64,000 nucleotides of DNA. It comes from a virus (taxonomy: Duplodnaviria; Heunggongvirae; Uroviricota; Caudoviricetes). The stretch lies in the IMG/VR virus record IMGVR_UViG_3300027710_001241, positions 16,620-80,619 of that record; one strand, 5' to 3'. The translations under genes and the position numbers were made by a program. The number at the start of each line of letters is the position of its first letter. Positions within the stretch are counted from its first letter, which is position 1. The notes under the pieces are model-generated. The model worked only from the letters and a program-made list of their open reading frames with translations, did not search any database and was not told the DNA's origin. This document shows, one piece after another, positions 1-9,303 of the stretch.

Positions 1-420
1 CGACTGCATACTTAATATTAACAGGACTAGAACTTTCAGAAATGCTATACTGCCATCCTACGAATGAATGCAACTTACTATGAATTACTGGGCTATGAAT
101 ATCTTTATCAGTTTCTGCATGGGGATGATGATAACCTCTATGCAATGCTACCCAAAATATACTTGCACCCTGAGCAGCGAATGCCGCAAAAAATAATATA
201 ATGTTTTCTTTCCATGTAGGAATAACGTGTGTTTTATGACTAAAAATTCTATGATATCCTACTGCAATCCCTAGGCCAGACACAAGTATCCACATCATAA
301 ATGTACCTATTAGATATACAGGAGAGATAACTCCTGTTAGTAGTAAACTTATAGTAAGCAGTCCTAGTATAACAGCTGGTACAAATTGAAACCAAAATGA
401 TTTAGATATGGTTTTAAACA
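1..420 (-). CDS. fatty-acid desaturase, N-terminal ~140 aa (gene runs past window start)
   Basis: minus ATG at 420 with GGAG upstream; His boxes HRIFSH and HRGYHH in translation. Confidence 0.55.
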
Positions 421-1011
421 TTATATATCTCCGCCTTTTGGAAGTTGTACTCTATATTCTTTTTTAAGAAAAGTACATCTAACCACCGTTTCAACCGAAA
501 GAAGCCTTCTTCTGTATAATATATCCCAATGATCTGAATAGAAAGTTTTATTTCTAGGATCAACAATGTATTCGTCAAAATAATCGTAACGTTCTGCGGC
601 TTCTTTACTAAATCCTAATTTTCGCATTAGCCTTGCTTGGCGAGAATTCATTACAGTAAAAAATTTTAATCTTCCCTTAGACTCATTGTATTCCATGATG
701 ACATCTAAGATATCTTTTAATAAAAAATTATTTCCAGAACTTCTTCCGGAGGTAAGATACCAACTAGCTTCATTTACACTTTCGTAAAATGATATAAATG
801 CATCTATTTTTTTTGTATCTTTGTTGTAAAAACCAAATGCATGATAATTTTTTAAATCAGTAAGATAGGTATCGCAAAATACATCATACAATTCTTTTTG
901 AAAATCTGGATCTTCAGTTGCAAAGTTAGTCGACCCCATATAGGTCTTCGTTAGAGTAAACAGATGTTTTATAGCATTTTTATGTTTTTTAGTTAGTTTA
1001 ATAATGCTCAT
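421..1011 (-). CDS. putative GNAT-type acetyltransferase
   Basis: ORF 196 aa; C-terminal RLMRKLGF-like acetyl-CoA binding motif; weak. Confidence 0.35.
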   Translation of the reverse strand: MSIIKLTKKHKNAIKHLFTLTKTYMGSTNFATEDPDFQKELYDVFCDTYLTDLKNYHAFGFYNKDTKKIDAFISFYESVNEASWYLTSGRSSGNNFLLKDILDVIMEYNESKGRLKFFTVMNSRQARLMRKLGFSKEAAERYDYFDEYIVDPRNKTFYSDHWDILYRRRLLSVETVVRCTFLKKEYRVQLPKGGDI

Positions 1012-1925
1012 AATTTTTTCCTTAGATGTTTGATTAATTCTTTGACAGGAATTCCATCTAAGGACGACGATTTCCTAGTAATTACATCTCTCTTTAAATT
1101 GTTATATGATTCTAAATTAAATCCTAATAGTCTTTCAAATCCATGTGTTTTAACTTTAACTCTTATAGAAGGGTAAAGTCGTTTTAATATTTCGTTCTTA
1201 CTGCTAACTGATGTAATCTTATAATTAAATCTGTTATTAACTAGGTCTTGAATAGCAGGATCTTCAAGGTAATACAGCATCATCTCAGGAGTATAACTAA
1301 ACCACTCATTAACTAACGGAATTTGAAATTTATTTGAGAATCTCATAGCACTAGCATCTTCATTCTCTCTAAAACAATGGTACCAATAACTGCCTTCTAG
1401 GCCAACATGTCTTCTTAAGAGTTGCTCTCCGCCCATTATAGAAGGCATTCCAAGTTTTTTAATATGATAATAGACAGTTAGATATGTTATTTGAGTACAA
1501 TCGATGTCTTGAGCAAACTCACTAGCCTCCCCTGACCAATAAAAATCTTTAACATCAAACTCGATTATTTCTAAATTCACCCCAAGTTCTTTTGCAATAG
1601 TCTGAGCTTCTAGCACATCGGGTAGATTATAATCGTCTTTGAATTTAATAGTAACACATCTTGGAGTGTGACCAATTTCAAGAAAATTTCTTAATACGAT
1701 TTCACTATCAGTGCCACCGCTGAGAAATATTACTAAATCTTTGCCAAACTCTGATAAAACACAATCGGCAGTTCTAAGTAGCTCGTTGTACCACGAGCTT
1801 TGTTTATATACTACAGGATCAGCCTGTCCGCAAGTTACATTATATTTTTCATGAGGTTCTTGCCTGTAACCAAATTCTCTTCCTCCTATTGTGTAGGATA
1901 GATGATTGTTGTAGGTAAAATTCAT
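1008..1925 (-). CDS. PP-loop ATP pyrophosphatase (asparagine-synthase-like amidotransferase family)
   Basis: LSGGTDSE PP-loop motif; 305 aa. Confidence 0.5.
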   Translation of the reverse strand: MNFTYNNHLSYTIGGREFGYRQEPHEKYNVTCGQADPVVYKQSSWYNELLRTADCVLSEFGKDLVIFLSGGTDSEIVLRNFLEIGHTPRCVTIKFKDDYNLPDVLEAQTIAKELGVNLEIIEFDVKDFYWSGEASEFAQDIDCTQITYLTVYYHIKKLGMPSIMGGEQLLRRHVGLEGSYWYHCFRENEDASAMRFSNKFQIPLVNEWFSYTPEMMLYYLEDPAIQDLVNNRFNYKITSVSSKNEILKRLYPSIRVKVKTHGFERLLGFNLESYNNLKRDVITRKSSSLDGIPVKELIKHLRKKL

Positions 1926-2161
1926 TATAGCATAATATCTAATAAGTCGCCTACTGTCTTTATAGGTTGTGTAGGATTAGAAGTAGTATTCCCAGTTTGT
2001 TCTTCGTATATCATTTGCAGTTCAACAATGTCAAGGCTATCTAATTTAAATGAAAATAGATTATCACTTTCTGATATAGTTAAGTTATTATTTTTGATAT
2101 GTTTTAATTCAGAAATTGCAGTTTTTAGAAATTCTAATTTTTCTGTTCTAGTTAGCATCAA
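1925..2161 (-). CDS. acyl/peptidyl carrier protein-like
   Basis: 78 aa with FKLDSLDIVEL phosphopantetheine-attachment-like motif; directly upstream of the PP-loop enzyme. Confidence 0.45.
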   Translation of the reverse strand: MMLTRTEKLEFLKTAISELKHIKNNNLTISESDNLFSFKLDSLDIVELQMIYEEQTGNTTSNPTQPIKTVGDLLDIML

Positions 2162-2230
2162 TGTTCCTTTTGTATTCGGTTACATATTATAGTGTACTAT
2201 TTATAACCTGGTCTTTAGGGGTTTAAAATT

Positions 2231-2743
2231 TTAAATCTGAGTAACTTCTATACCCGACTTTTCTAAGAATTTAATACCCGAATCGTCTCTATAAGCTGTG
2301 CCAAAATACACACGCTTAATCCCAGCCTGATAAACCAATTTGGCGCAATCCAAACAAGGAGCGTGAGTAATGAATATATCAGCACCGTTGCCACTGTTAA
2401 GGCTTCGGGCGAGTTTTGCAATAGCGTTTGATTCAGCATGTAATACCTCTGGTTTAGTTTTTAGGCGGTAGCGCCCCTGCATGATGTTCCCATCAGAGTC
2501 GAAATATGAACCCTCGTAAGGCCAACCTTTTTCTATCTCTTCCGGACTTAACCATCCACCTGCACTACACCATTCAACGTCTTCACAGTTATTATCCCAT
2601 CCTGCCGGCATACCGTTATAACCGTAACTAATAACTGAATCATCTTTTACAATAACAGCACCTACCTGTAGCCTTCGCGCATGGCTTAACTGAGCAGTAC
2701 GACTTGCCCAGTCCATGTATAATTTTATAAATTTATCTTTCAT
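2231..2743 (-). CDS. dCMP (deoxycytidylate) deaminase
   Basis: HAESNAI and PCLDCAKL zinc-binding motifs. Confidence 0.85.
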   Translation of the reverse strand: MKDKFIKLYMDWASRTAQLSHARRLQVGAVIVKDDSVISYGYNGMPAGWDNNCEDVEWCSAGGWLSPEEIEKGWPYEGSYFDSDGNIMQGRYRLKTKPEVLHAESNAIAKLARSLNSGNGADIFITHAPCLDCAKLVYQAGIKRVYFGTAYRDDSGIKFLEKSGIEVTQI

Positions 2744-3225
2744 TTAACTGCATTCCCATGTTCATCTAATTCCATCCAAGTATGGTCTCCCATATACTTT
2801 ACCTGTGCAACATATTTGTAACTATCTGGCACCCCGGTACTCCAATTAGTAGGACCATTAAAGACTAACAATGTTTTTTCTTTTCTTGTTTCCCAAACTA
2901 ACCAATAACAATGACCTAGTACAGGTTGAAAATTATATTCGGCAGCGTGTACAGCATCAGTGACTTCTAATCTACGTTTAATTTGTTGTGCTTGTTTTTC
3001 TAAAACTGCAACAAGTTCCATGATACGATCATACTCTTGCTGGGCATAAATCCTAGCATGATTAATCATTATATCTTTTTGTTTTGTAACAGGAACTAGA
3101 TCGAAATTAACCCCGCCCGCTTCTGTAGGATACTCACTAACATTTCTATTAAAGAAAGGAATCAACGAACCAGTAGATGTAGAATCATAACTAGTTCTAC
3201 CTTTGGCTGAATTTGATTTATCCAT
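2740..3225 (-). CDS. hypothetical protein
   Basis: ORF trimmed to internal ATG (AAGGA 7 nt upstream) because the listed N-terminus overlaps a tRNA. Confidence 0.4.
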   Translation of the reverse strand: MDKSNSAKGRTSYDSTSTGSLIPFFNRNVSEYPTEAGGVNFDLVPVTKQKDIMINHARIYAQQEYDRIMELVAVLEKQAQQIKRRLEVTDAVHAAEYNFQPVLGHCYWLVWETRKEKTLLVFNGPTNWSTGVPDSYKYVAQVKYMGDHTWMELDEHGNAVK

Positions 3226-3234
3226 TATTATCCT

Positions 3235-3309
3235 TGGCCGGTCCTGCAGGAATCGAACCCACACCGCTTGGTTCGAAGCCAAGCATTCTATCCATTGAAC
3301 TAAGGACCG
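3235..3309 (-). tRNA. tRNA-Arg(UCG)
   Basis: minus-strand cloverleaf: acceptor CGGTCCT/AGGACCG, anticodon loop CUUCGAA, T-arm GGGTTCGATTCC, CCA encoded. Confidence 0.8.
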
Positions 3310-3615
3310 TCATTTAGCAGTATTCATTTTAAGTAGGTACATGGTAACTTCCGGACCTTCTACAACTACTAAATCATTTGGATATTTATTTGTGCCAGTG
3401 TACCATTTACCGTGACTGCCTACTTCCCAAACTTTAACCATTTTAGGATTAAGTTTTTTAACGGTGCCTAATTCTAAACCATTATGATATGGGTAACAAA
3501 CTGCATCTCCCAACTTTAACACTCGCCCGAGTTTATCTTTATGTTCGACTACTTCCTTAGACATATCGTATTTCCTTAAATCCTTCTTCTTCAGAAGGCA
3601 TTTCAAAATTTTCAA
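3310..3615 (-). CDS. hypothetical protein
   Basis: ORF 101 aa; start uncertain (overlaps next gene). Confidence 0.4.
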   Translation of the reverse strand: MKILKCLLKKKDLRKYDMSKEVVEHKDKLGRVLKLGDAVCYPYHNGLELGTVKKLNPKMVKVWEVGSHGKWYTGTNKYPNDLVVVEGPEVTMYLLKMNTAK

Positions 3616-4018
3616 TCATTGCACTGACTACTGTCCATGGAATAGTTTTTCCCGGACGTCTCACTAATCTGTTTCTTAATTCAGCAAATGCCGGAGTCTC
3701 AAACACCACAGCAATATGCTCATAGTCTGGCAACATATTAAACTTTCGAGCACGACTTTTAACAGTGGTACTAGTTTGATCCCAGATAATATCTCGACCC
3801 ATTTCTCGCGCCGCAACTACTTCTTTGGCCATCAGGTCTACAGCAGTAGGCATGAAATCGTTGAACACTTCTGAATAGGTACGACCTACTTCTCTAGCAT
3901 AAAATTCAACCCACTTATCTGTGCTAACTTTTGCACAAGAAAAAGCCCAGGCCTGCTTATCTACCCAAGTAGATTTGCCGGACCCAGGCACTCCAATCAA
4001 TTGATAACACTTTGGCAT
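3557..4018 (-). CDS. P-loop kinase (AAA_33/polynucleotide-kinase-like)
   Basis: N-terminal Walker A GVPGSGKST; 153 aa. Confidence 0.55.
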   Translation of the reverse strand: MPKCYQLIGVPGSGKSTWVDKQAWAFSCAKVSTDKWVEFYAREVGRTYSEVFNDFMPTAVDLMAKEVVAAREMGRDIIWDQTSTTVKSRARKFNMLPDYEHIAVVFETPAFAELRNRLVRRPGKTIPWTVVSAMIENFEMPSEEEGFKEIRYV

Positions 4019-4137
4019 ATTATACCACCTCTACAATATGATATCCTGAATTAGGATAAGTTTCTATTAACCATTCCAACATGCCCGGTTCAACGGGCAG
4101 TCGGATGGAATCGTACTTGTTAGTAATATATATCATA

Positions 4138-4743
4138 TTACATTGTTGGACCGTTGCCATTACGAAAACCTATGCTACCACCTTCAGCTTCGATGTTCTT
4201 AATAACATCTTCGAATAAGATAGGAGCAAAGTCCGGAGTCTGCTCTACGCAAACACAATGGTAACGAACATCGTTCTCATCGCTGTATAAAACTTCTCCA
4301 GTCCTCGCATCTACACCACGAGCCTTCTTCACGCGATTTGCGTGTAAGTGTCCATGAATGTTAACACCAAACCGTCCCATTGAATCACTGTGTAACGGAA
4401 TGTGGCTTAAGATCATTCCGTTCATAACATGGTATGCTCGTAACTCTCTAAAGTACATTCTGTACTCGTCATCACGGAAGATGTCGTGGTTACCGCGGAT
4501 TAAGACCTTGTCGCCGTTTAAGCGACTTATGATGCTTAATGCCTTACGGTTAATAACAACATCGCCTAAGTGATAGACCTTGTCAGTAGGCTTAACTCTT
4601 TCGTTCCAAGCCTTGACCATAGCTTCGTCCATTTCTTCAGGACTATCCCACGGGCGTAACTTTGTAACACCATCGTTACGTGTGAAGCGGCAGACGCCGG
4701 TATGTCCGAAATGCGTGTCGCTTACTAAAAATACACTAGGCAT
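4138..4743 (-). CDS. calcineurin-like metallophosphoesterase
   Basis: DTHFGH ... GNHD motifs. Confidence 0.8.
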   Translation of the reverse strand: MPSVFLVSDTHFGHTGVCRFTRNDGVTKLRPWDSPEEMDEAMVKAWNERVKPTDKVYHLGDVVINRKALSIISRLNGDKVLIRGNHDIFRDDEYRMYFRELRAYHVMNGMILSHIPLHSDSMGRFGVNIHGHLHANRVKKARGVDARTGEVLYSDENDVRYHCVCVEQTPDFAPILFEDVIKNIEAEGGSIGFRNGNGPTM

Positions 4744-4757
4744 CTTGCCCTCCTTTC

Positions 4758-4985
4758 TTAAATTCTTTCTTTTTGTACACGGCCAATACGGCCTGCTTTG
4801 TCCCAGTCATAGGCAACACCATCTGGGCACTTACCATCCACTACAGCGTCAACTCCAAACATACCGCACACTTCGAAGTTTGGACCTTTAATGGTTACAA
4901 ACTCATTCATATGCTTGGCAAGATTCATTGCTTCAGCAAGTGTAAGAACCTTAAACGATTCTTCTTTTCCTATTACATTATACAT
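4758..4985 (-). CDS. hypothetical protein
   Basis: ORF 75 aa in operon context. Confidence 0.4.
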   Translation of the reverse strand: MYNVIGKEESFKVLTLAEAMNLAKHMNEFVTIKGPNFEVCGMFGVDAVVDGKCPDGVAYDWDKAGRIGRVQKERI

Positions 4986-4991
4986 TCTTTC

Positions 4992-5186
4992 CTAACATTC
5001 TAAATCTAAATTCTTACCTTTGTCTGCATCTAGACGACGATTTCTTTCTACTCGTTCTGCTACAACTTGATCAAAGTTTCTTTTCTCAACGACCTTGCGA
5101 TAATCTTCTTCTCGCTTTCTTTGAATATTGGTTTGTTCTAAATTGTAGTCACGAATACGACATTGGTCAGCTTTTGAAATATTCAT
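4992..5186 (-). CDS. hypothetical protein
   Basis: ORF 64 aa. Confidence 0.35.
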   Translation of the reverse strand: MNISKADQCRIRDYNLEQTNIQRKREEDYRKVVEKRNFDQVVAERVERNRRLDADKGKNLDLEC

Positions 5187-5743
5187 ATATCACCTTCGCG
5201 CTCTCTGCGAGCTTTTCTTTCTTTGGCCAGAGTAAAGACTTTCTCATTGTCATTGGCCCACTCAATTTCTTTAGGAAGGATGATCCCAAACTCAGTTGTT
5301 ACACCGTTGATAGTATGGGGCTCATCCGGATCGTAGGTCCAACCTAGTGCCTTCATCATGCGATGCTTGACAAGCAGGTTGGGACTACGAAACGCTTCAG
5401 TGTCATCAAAGCCCAGCATAACGCCGAGCTCACAGACTGCACCACTACGGCATACACCTGCATGACAATGAACAATCACGTTCATGCGATTTGCCAGTGC
5501 ATGTTGCAATAGTCGAACAAGCTCGTTGGCCTGCTCCTGACTGCATTTCATTGTTTCTTCTAGTACTTCATCTTTTTCTTCAACATCAAGAAATTTAAAT
5601 TGATGTACTTCTTTAAAGGTATATAAAGGTGTAGGGTACTGCATGTCTGGATCCACAATCTGAATCAGCATAGCGTTCTCACCGGGATTAATGTGCATCC
5701 CTCTTTTGATGTCGCTGAGCGCAACGTTTTGAATCCATGGCAT
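5183..5743 (-). CDS. protein tyrosine / dual-specificity phosphatase
   Basis: HCHAGVCRSG CX5R active-site loop; start placed at internal ATG with AAGGAA SD. Confidence 0.7.
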   Translation of the reverse strand: MPWIQNVALSDIKRGMHINPGENAMLIQIVDPDMQYPTPLYTFKEVHQFKFLDVEEKDEVLEETMKCSQEQANELVRLLQHALANRMNVIVHCHAGVCRSGAVCELGVMLGFDDTEAFRSPNLLVKHRMMKALGWTYDPDEPHTINGVTTEFGIILPKEIEWANDNEKVFTLAKERKARREREGDI

Positions 5744-5753
5744 ACTATTTCCT

Positions 5754-5978
5754 TTATCTAATTCCGAACAATACATTGCCGGCTTCCCTATCAAAAGGAA
5801 CTCCGTAATCAGCAATGAATTGTGCATCTACCTTTTCGTTTTGGCCTTTGCCCACTCCAATATAATATTTGTAGTTAGCTTCTCCAGTTTGACGATATTC
5901 TTCAATCTCGTGTTCTTGTACAATTTGTACAATGCCGATACATTCGTTACCAGCAAACCAAATGCTTCCTGTAATCAT
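5754..5978 (-). CDS. hypothetical protein
   Basis: internal ATG with AAGGAG SD chosen. Confidence 0.4.
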   Translation of the reverse strand: MITGSIWFAGNECIGIVQIVQEHEIEEYRQTGEANYKYYIGVGKGQNEKVDAQFIADYGVPFDREAGNVLFGIR

Positions 5979-5988
5979 TATTTGCTCC

Positions 5989-6279
5989 TTACCAACGATT
6001 TGCGTTATCAATTTCTTCTTGCGTAAACTGTCCACCACTACGATCTGGGTTGTCACGCCACGATTGTTCTACATCCTTTGCGACACAAGATTCCACATCC
6101 TGCAAGATACGCCGGAGTTCTTCAATGTTGACTTTCAAAAACTCAACAGTAGCAAGAATAGCCATATTCTCGCCGCCACTTGTTCCTGCACTTTGGAGAT
6201 ACTTGGTATGTGAAGCCAGCATTGCTTCCTTGCCGGCGATTGTGTTTTTCAGATTGTCACGGACGGTGTAGATGCTCAT
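5989..6279 (-). CDS. hypothetical protein
   Basis: ORF 96 aa. Confidence 0.4.
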   Translation of the reverse strand: MSIYTVRDNLKNTIAGKEAMLASHTKYLQSAGTSGGENMAILATVEFLKVNIEELRRILQDVESCVAKDVEQSWRDNPDRSGGQFTQEEIDNANRW

Positions 6280-6394
6280 TTCAGCAATCCTTTGTAATAT
6301 TGATACAGGCCCAAGATTTGGTTCCAGTCACGTGGATGACCACAGTTTAGGTTTCGTCTGTAGTATTCCACTTGGCTACGGATAAACTCTTGGC

Positions 6395-6634
6395 TCATTC
6401 TTCAACTCCGAAATGTTCCTTCAATTCTTCAGCAATCTGTGGTCGGGTAGCGTATTCTACACTTGAATCTAATACTGTGTCAATACATTCCTTGACAATC
6501 AACTCGGCGAACTTTTCAATCTTATCATCCCACAACTCTACAGATTCTATATGTTGAACAGGATTACTTGCTAAATTTCGCATAGAAATATGTCCGCCCG
6601 CCTGTTTAACAAGTTCTTTAGTTCGTTCGTTCAT
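6395..6634 (-). CDS. small protein of the MNERxKEL...FAELIVxEC...HFGVEE paralog family
   Basis: start at MNERTKE; paralogs at 47216 and 47915. Confidence 0.5.
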   Translation of the reverse strand: MNERTKELVKQAGGHISMRNLASNPVQHIESVELWDDKIEKFAELIVKECIDTVLDSSVEYATRPQIAEELKEHFGVEE

Positions 6635-6710
6635 AACAAATCCTCCGGGCAAGGCGTTCTTACCATATCAACGATAACATACACCCACAATAAAAAATAC
6701 AAATATTCAA

Positions 6711-7109
6711 TCATTCTACTGCCCTTCTAAAAATAAGTTCTTGTTTTGAAAACGCATCTTGTTCCCACGGCATGTCTAAGTACTTGGTTTTCTTGCTGTA
6801 CTTCTTACCACGCCAGTAATTAATACCATTCTCAACTTTAAGGATACCTTTGGCCATTTGTCGTACATGCACCATTTCGTGTGCAAGTGTTACACCCATG
6901 TCAGCAAACCAACCTGGCTTAACAACTACAACATAGGCATCTAAACCATCTAAGGGCATGGTCATACCATGACCATCACATTCATTAGCTACTCTAACTA
7001 GGAGAACTTTTTTACTGTTCTCCAGTTTGAGTTGTTTAATCATAGAGGGCAAAATCGCCTCTATGAATTTACGTTTTTTGGCACTACGGGTTTCTACAAG
7101 AAATTCCAT
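6711..7109 (-). CDS. putative zinc metallopeptidase (HExxH)
   Basis: HEMVH motif. Confidence 0.4.
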   Translation of the reverse strand: MEFLVETRSAKKRKFIEAILPSMIKQLKLENSKKVLLVRVANECDGHGMTMPLDGLDAYVVVVKPGWFADMGVTLAHEMVHVRQMAKGILKVENGINYWRGKKYSKKTKYLDMPWEQDAFSKQELIFRRAVE

Positions 7110-7297
7110 TATGCAACCTTTCTATAATCTGCACGATAAAAACAATCTGGATCACCGGAGAAGTAGTTTTCGCAGAACTTCTTGGCTTCTTCTTCATTAT
7201 CGAAGAACTTCTCTCCCATTGGGCGCTGTCCATAACCACGCTCATATTCCGTCATTGTAACTTTATACAGGGGACCATTTAGTTTGACTTCAGACAT
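7109..7297 (-). CDS. hypothetical protein
   Basis: ORF 62 aa downstream of consensus promoter. Confidence 0.4.
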   Translation of the reverse strand: MSEVKLNGPLYKVTMTEYERGYGQRPMGEKFFDNEEEAKKFCENYFSGDPDCFYRADYRKVA

Positions 7298-7328
7298 TTT
7301 GTACCACCTTTCTATTTACTATGCTTAC

Positions 7329-7357
7329 AGTATAGCACGGTTTTACCAGTTTGTCAA
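7329..7357 (-). promoter_or_regulatory. sigma70-type promoter (TTGACA-17-TATACT on minus strand)
   Basis: rc reads GGTTGACAAACTGGTAAAACCGTGCTATACT. Confidence 0.6.
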
Positions 7358-7561
7358 CCTATAAATACATATTATGAAGCCAAAAACCCATCAACAGCAG
7401 ATGATTGACAAAATTGATCTACTTTTGGACAGTTATCAGCTTGAAACAAAAGAAAAAACCCTCATTTATCAACGAGGGTTATTAACTGGATGGTTAGCCA
7501 AAATTGCTAGTACTGATTATATAGTTAGGCAAGAATTGGAAGGTCGCCTAGAACAACGTGG

Positions 7562-7632
7562 AGCGGGTACCGAGAATCGAACTCGGAATTAAACTTTGGC
7601 AAAGTTTTAGGTTACCTTTACATCATACCCGC
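7562..7632 (-). tRNA. tRNA-Gly(GCC)
   Basis: acceptor GCGGGTA/TACCCGC, anticodon loop UUGCCAA, T-arm CCGAGTTCGATTCTCGG. Confidence 0.7.
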
Positions 7633-7657
7633 ATTAAAAATATTTATAATTTGATAT

Positions 7658-7735
7658 TGGAGCAACGGGTCAGATTTGAACTGACGGTTTTACGGATTTG
7701 CAATCCGTTGCATTGGGCCTCTCTGCCACCGTTGC
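7658..7735 (-). tRNA. tRNA-Cys(GCA)
   Basis: acceptor GCAACGG/CCGTTGC, anticodon loop UUGCAAA, T-loop TTCAAAT, CCA encoded. Confidence 0.75.
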
Positions 7736-7740
7736 ATTAA

Positions 7741-7971
7741 TTAACGAATTCGTTTGAGATAATCTCGACCAACTCTACCTTCTTGAATATCGAGTAAGGC
7801 AGCTACAGGTGCATTTAACTGGCCTGTATTTTCAGCATGACGATGTTGACGTGCTAGTTCTCTAGCTCTAACAGCCGCGATCAATACTAGATCGAAGCGA
7901 TTACCTCCGGACATTTCTACACATTTCTCAGTGTCAATTGTTGTGCCGCGACTTAGTTTTTTAATAACCAT
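7741..7971 (-). CDS. rpoZ: DNA-directed RNA polymerase omega subunit-like
   Basis: NRFDLVLIAAVRARELARQ signature; AAAGG SD. Confidence 0.65.
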   Translation of the reverse strand: MVIKKLSRGTTIDTEKCVEMSGGNRFDLVLIAAVRARELARQHRHAENTGQLNAPVAALLDIQEGRVGRDYLKRIR

Positions 7972-8020
7972 ATATTACCTTTGAAGTTTAAAATTTAATT
8001 ATAACAGGTTCTCATTTTTT

Positions 8021-8075
8021 GTGCTACCACTACACCAACACAGTTGACCAAACTGTGCCCAGGATTCGAACCTGG
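8021..8075 (-). ncRNA. tRNA-like fragment: T-arm plus 3' acceptor immediately followed by a complementary 5' acceptor/D-arm half (permuted order)
   Basis: minus reads CCAGGTTCGAATCCTGG GCACAGT TTGGTCA ACTGTGT TG GTGTAGTGGTAGCAC; no anticodon arm. Confidence 0.3.
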
Positions 8076-8136
8076 CCCGTCTTTTTTACAGAAAGATTTA
8101 ATAAGATTGCTGAAAAGAACCTAAATAGTCAATTGG

Positions 8137-8212
8137 TTGCGGGGGAAGGATTCGCACCTCCGATCTCCAGCTTATGAGACTGGCGGGGACGACTAGACTC
8201 CCCTACCCCGCG
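8137..8212 (-). tRNA. initiator-type tRNA-fMet(CAU)
   Basis: starts CGCGGGG, ends CCCCGCAA with C1:A72 mismatch as in bacterial tRNAfMet; anticodon loop CUCAUAA. Confidence 0.75.
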
Positions 8213-8525
8213 ATAATTAACTTGGAATAATATGCGGAATGTACGGCACTGCTCTAGGACCACCATACAGTTGTTCGAAAAGTTTTTTAGCCTCTTGCGG
8301 TGTATCCGCATAGATCCTTTTCTTTTCTTCACCGTTAGATGTTCTTACAGTTGTTTCATACATTGGCATATTATATCCTTAAAATGGTGGGATTCGGTTT
8401 TGAGGCCCATCCCGGTGAGTAGATCACTACCGCCTGTTACATTGTTGTACGTACTATTGCTTGCCCAAGGATTTACCGCGGTACCTTGCGACTCATACTG
8501 AATGATGTAACCCATACGCTGCTCT

Positions 8526-8605
8526 TGGTCTCCAGTGTGGGATTCGAACTCACATTATTCCTCGTCCCAAACGAGGTGCCATAACCAGGTTAGGCGAACC
8601 GGAGA
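8526..8605 (-). tRNA. tRNA-Pro(UGG), copy 1 (one T-stem mismatch)
   Basis: anticodon arm CCUCG UUUGGGA CGAGG; T-loop TTCGAAT; CCA encoded. Confidence 0.6.
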
Positions 8606-8639
8606 AATCTCTTAACATACTCGTCTATTGTTTTCTAAT

Positions 8640-9284
8640 TTAATTTTTCCACAAATGGTGAATTTTTTCAGGCATTTTAAATTTATCTTTTTCCTGCAAA
8701 ATCTCTATATCATCACCGTAGTCATCTTTGCCACGCCACGGTGATCCTAATGCTAAAGTTACTTTGGGAGTATTTCCAGTATTAACCATACCATGTGGCC
8801 ATCCACCATTCATAATAAATGCGTGTTCTGTATCAGGTGCGTTAACTGGTCCTTTATCAGTAAGCCAGTACAGCGTATCTGTTTTTCCCTGAAGCACAAT
8901 TCTAAATTTATGTTGTAATGTATCTAATTCATTTGCATTACAATCAAAATGTTCATGATTAGCCTCTCCAGGTTGTGTAACCAGCGCCATGACTCTAGTT
9001 TTCATTCCTATCCAAGGAAATACAAAATTATTACACCATTCTACTATAGTAGGAGTTTGTTCTGTTATTTCAGTCCATTCAAACCCACCATTCTTTTCAT
9101 TAGATGTTCCATCAGCTCCGATATCTCCGCCCTTAGTCATAAGGGGAAACATTTGAGTATATCTGTAATCGTCCCAAAAAGAAAACGACTTATCTAATGA
9201 TAAAATTTCTTTAGTAGCCTTTTGTTTATCTAAAATCGGAATAGATAATACACTGGCAAATAATATATTTTTTACTTCAGACAT
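8640..9284 (-). CDS. hypothetical protein, possible cupin/2OG-oxygenase-like
   Basis: HEHFD ... WPHG spacing; weak. Confidence 0.3.
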   Translation of the reverse strand: MSEVKNILFASVLSIPILDKQKATKEILSLDKSFSFWDDYRYTQMFPLMTKGGDIGADGTSNEKNGGFEWTEITEQTPTIVEWCNNFVFPWIGMKTRVMALVTQPGEANHEHFDCNANELDTLQHKFRIVLQGKTDTLYWLTDKGPVNAPDTEHAFIMNGGWPHGMVNTGNTPKVTLALGSPWRGKDDYGDDIEILQEKDKFKMPEKIHHLWKN

Positions 9285-9303
9285 TTTAGATTTTTATAAA
9301 AAT

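Noticed and set aside
2740-3282. N-terminal extensions of listed ORFs (2740..3282, 10111..10761, 11085..12608, 27610..28539, 28481..29230, 44707..46620, 62457..62708)
   Set aside because: The extensions overlap tRNAs or upstream genes, or start at TTG; internal ATGs with good SD sequences were used instead.
4358-4891. Plus-strand ORFs antisense to the metallophosphoesterase (and similar antisense ORFs throughout, e.g. 12030..12350, 18712..18960, 25551..26298, 33133..33729, 37308..37839, 41033..41252, 44830..45733)
   Set aside because: Fully embedded antisense in confidently assigned minus-strand genes, with no SD and unprotein-like composition.
7374-7740. Plus-strand ORFs 7374..7592 and 7558..7740
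   Set aside because: They run antisense across tRNA-Gly and tRNA-Cys; they are tRNA sequence read as protein.
8021-8075. tmRNA
   Set aside because: The T-arm/acceptor fragment lacks a GGGG 5' tRNA-like-domain partner and any tag reading frame.
8129-8501. ORFs 8129..8332 (-) and 8232..8501 (+)
   Set aside because: Overlap the initiator tRNA and intergenic DNA. A better 50-aa minus ORF with an AAGGA SD exists at about 8222-8374, but it is too short to call.
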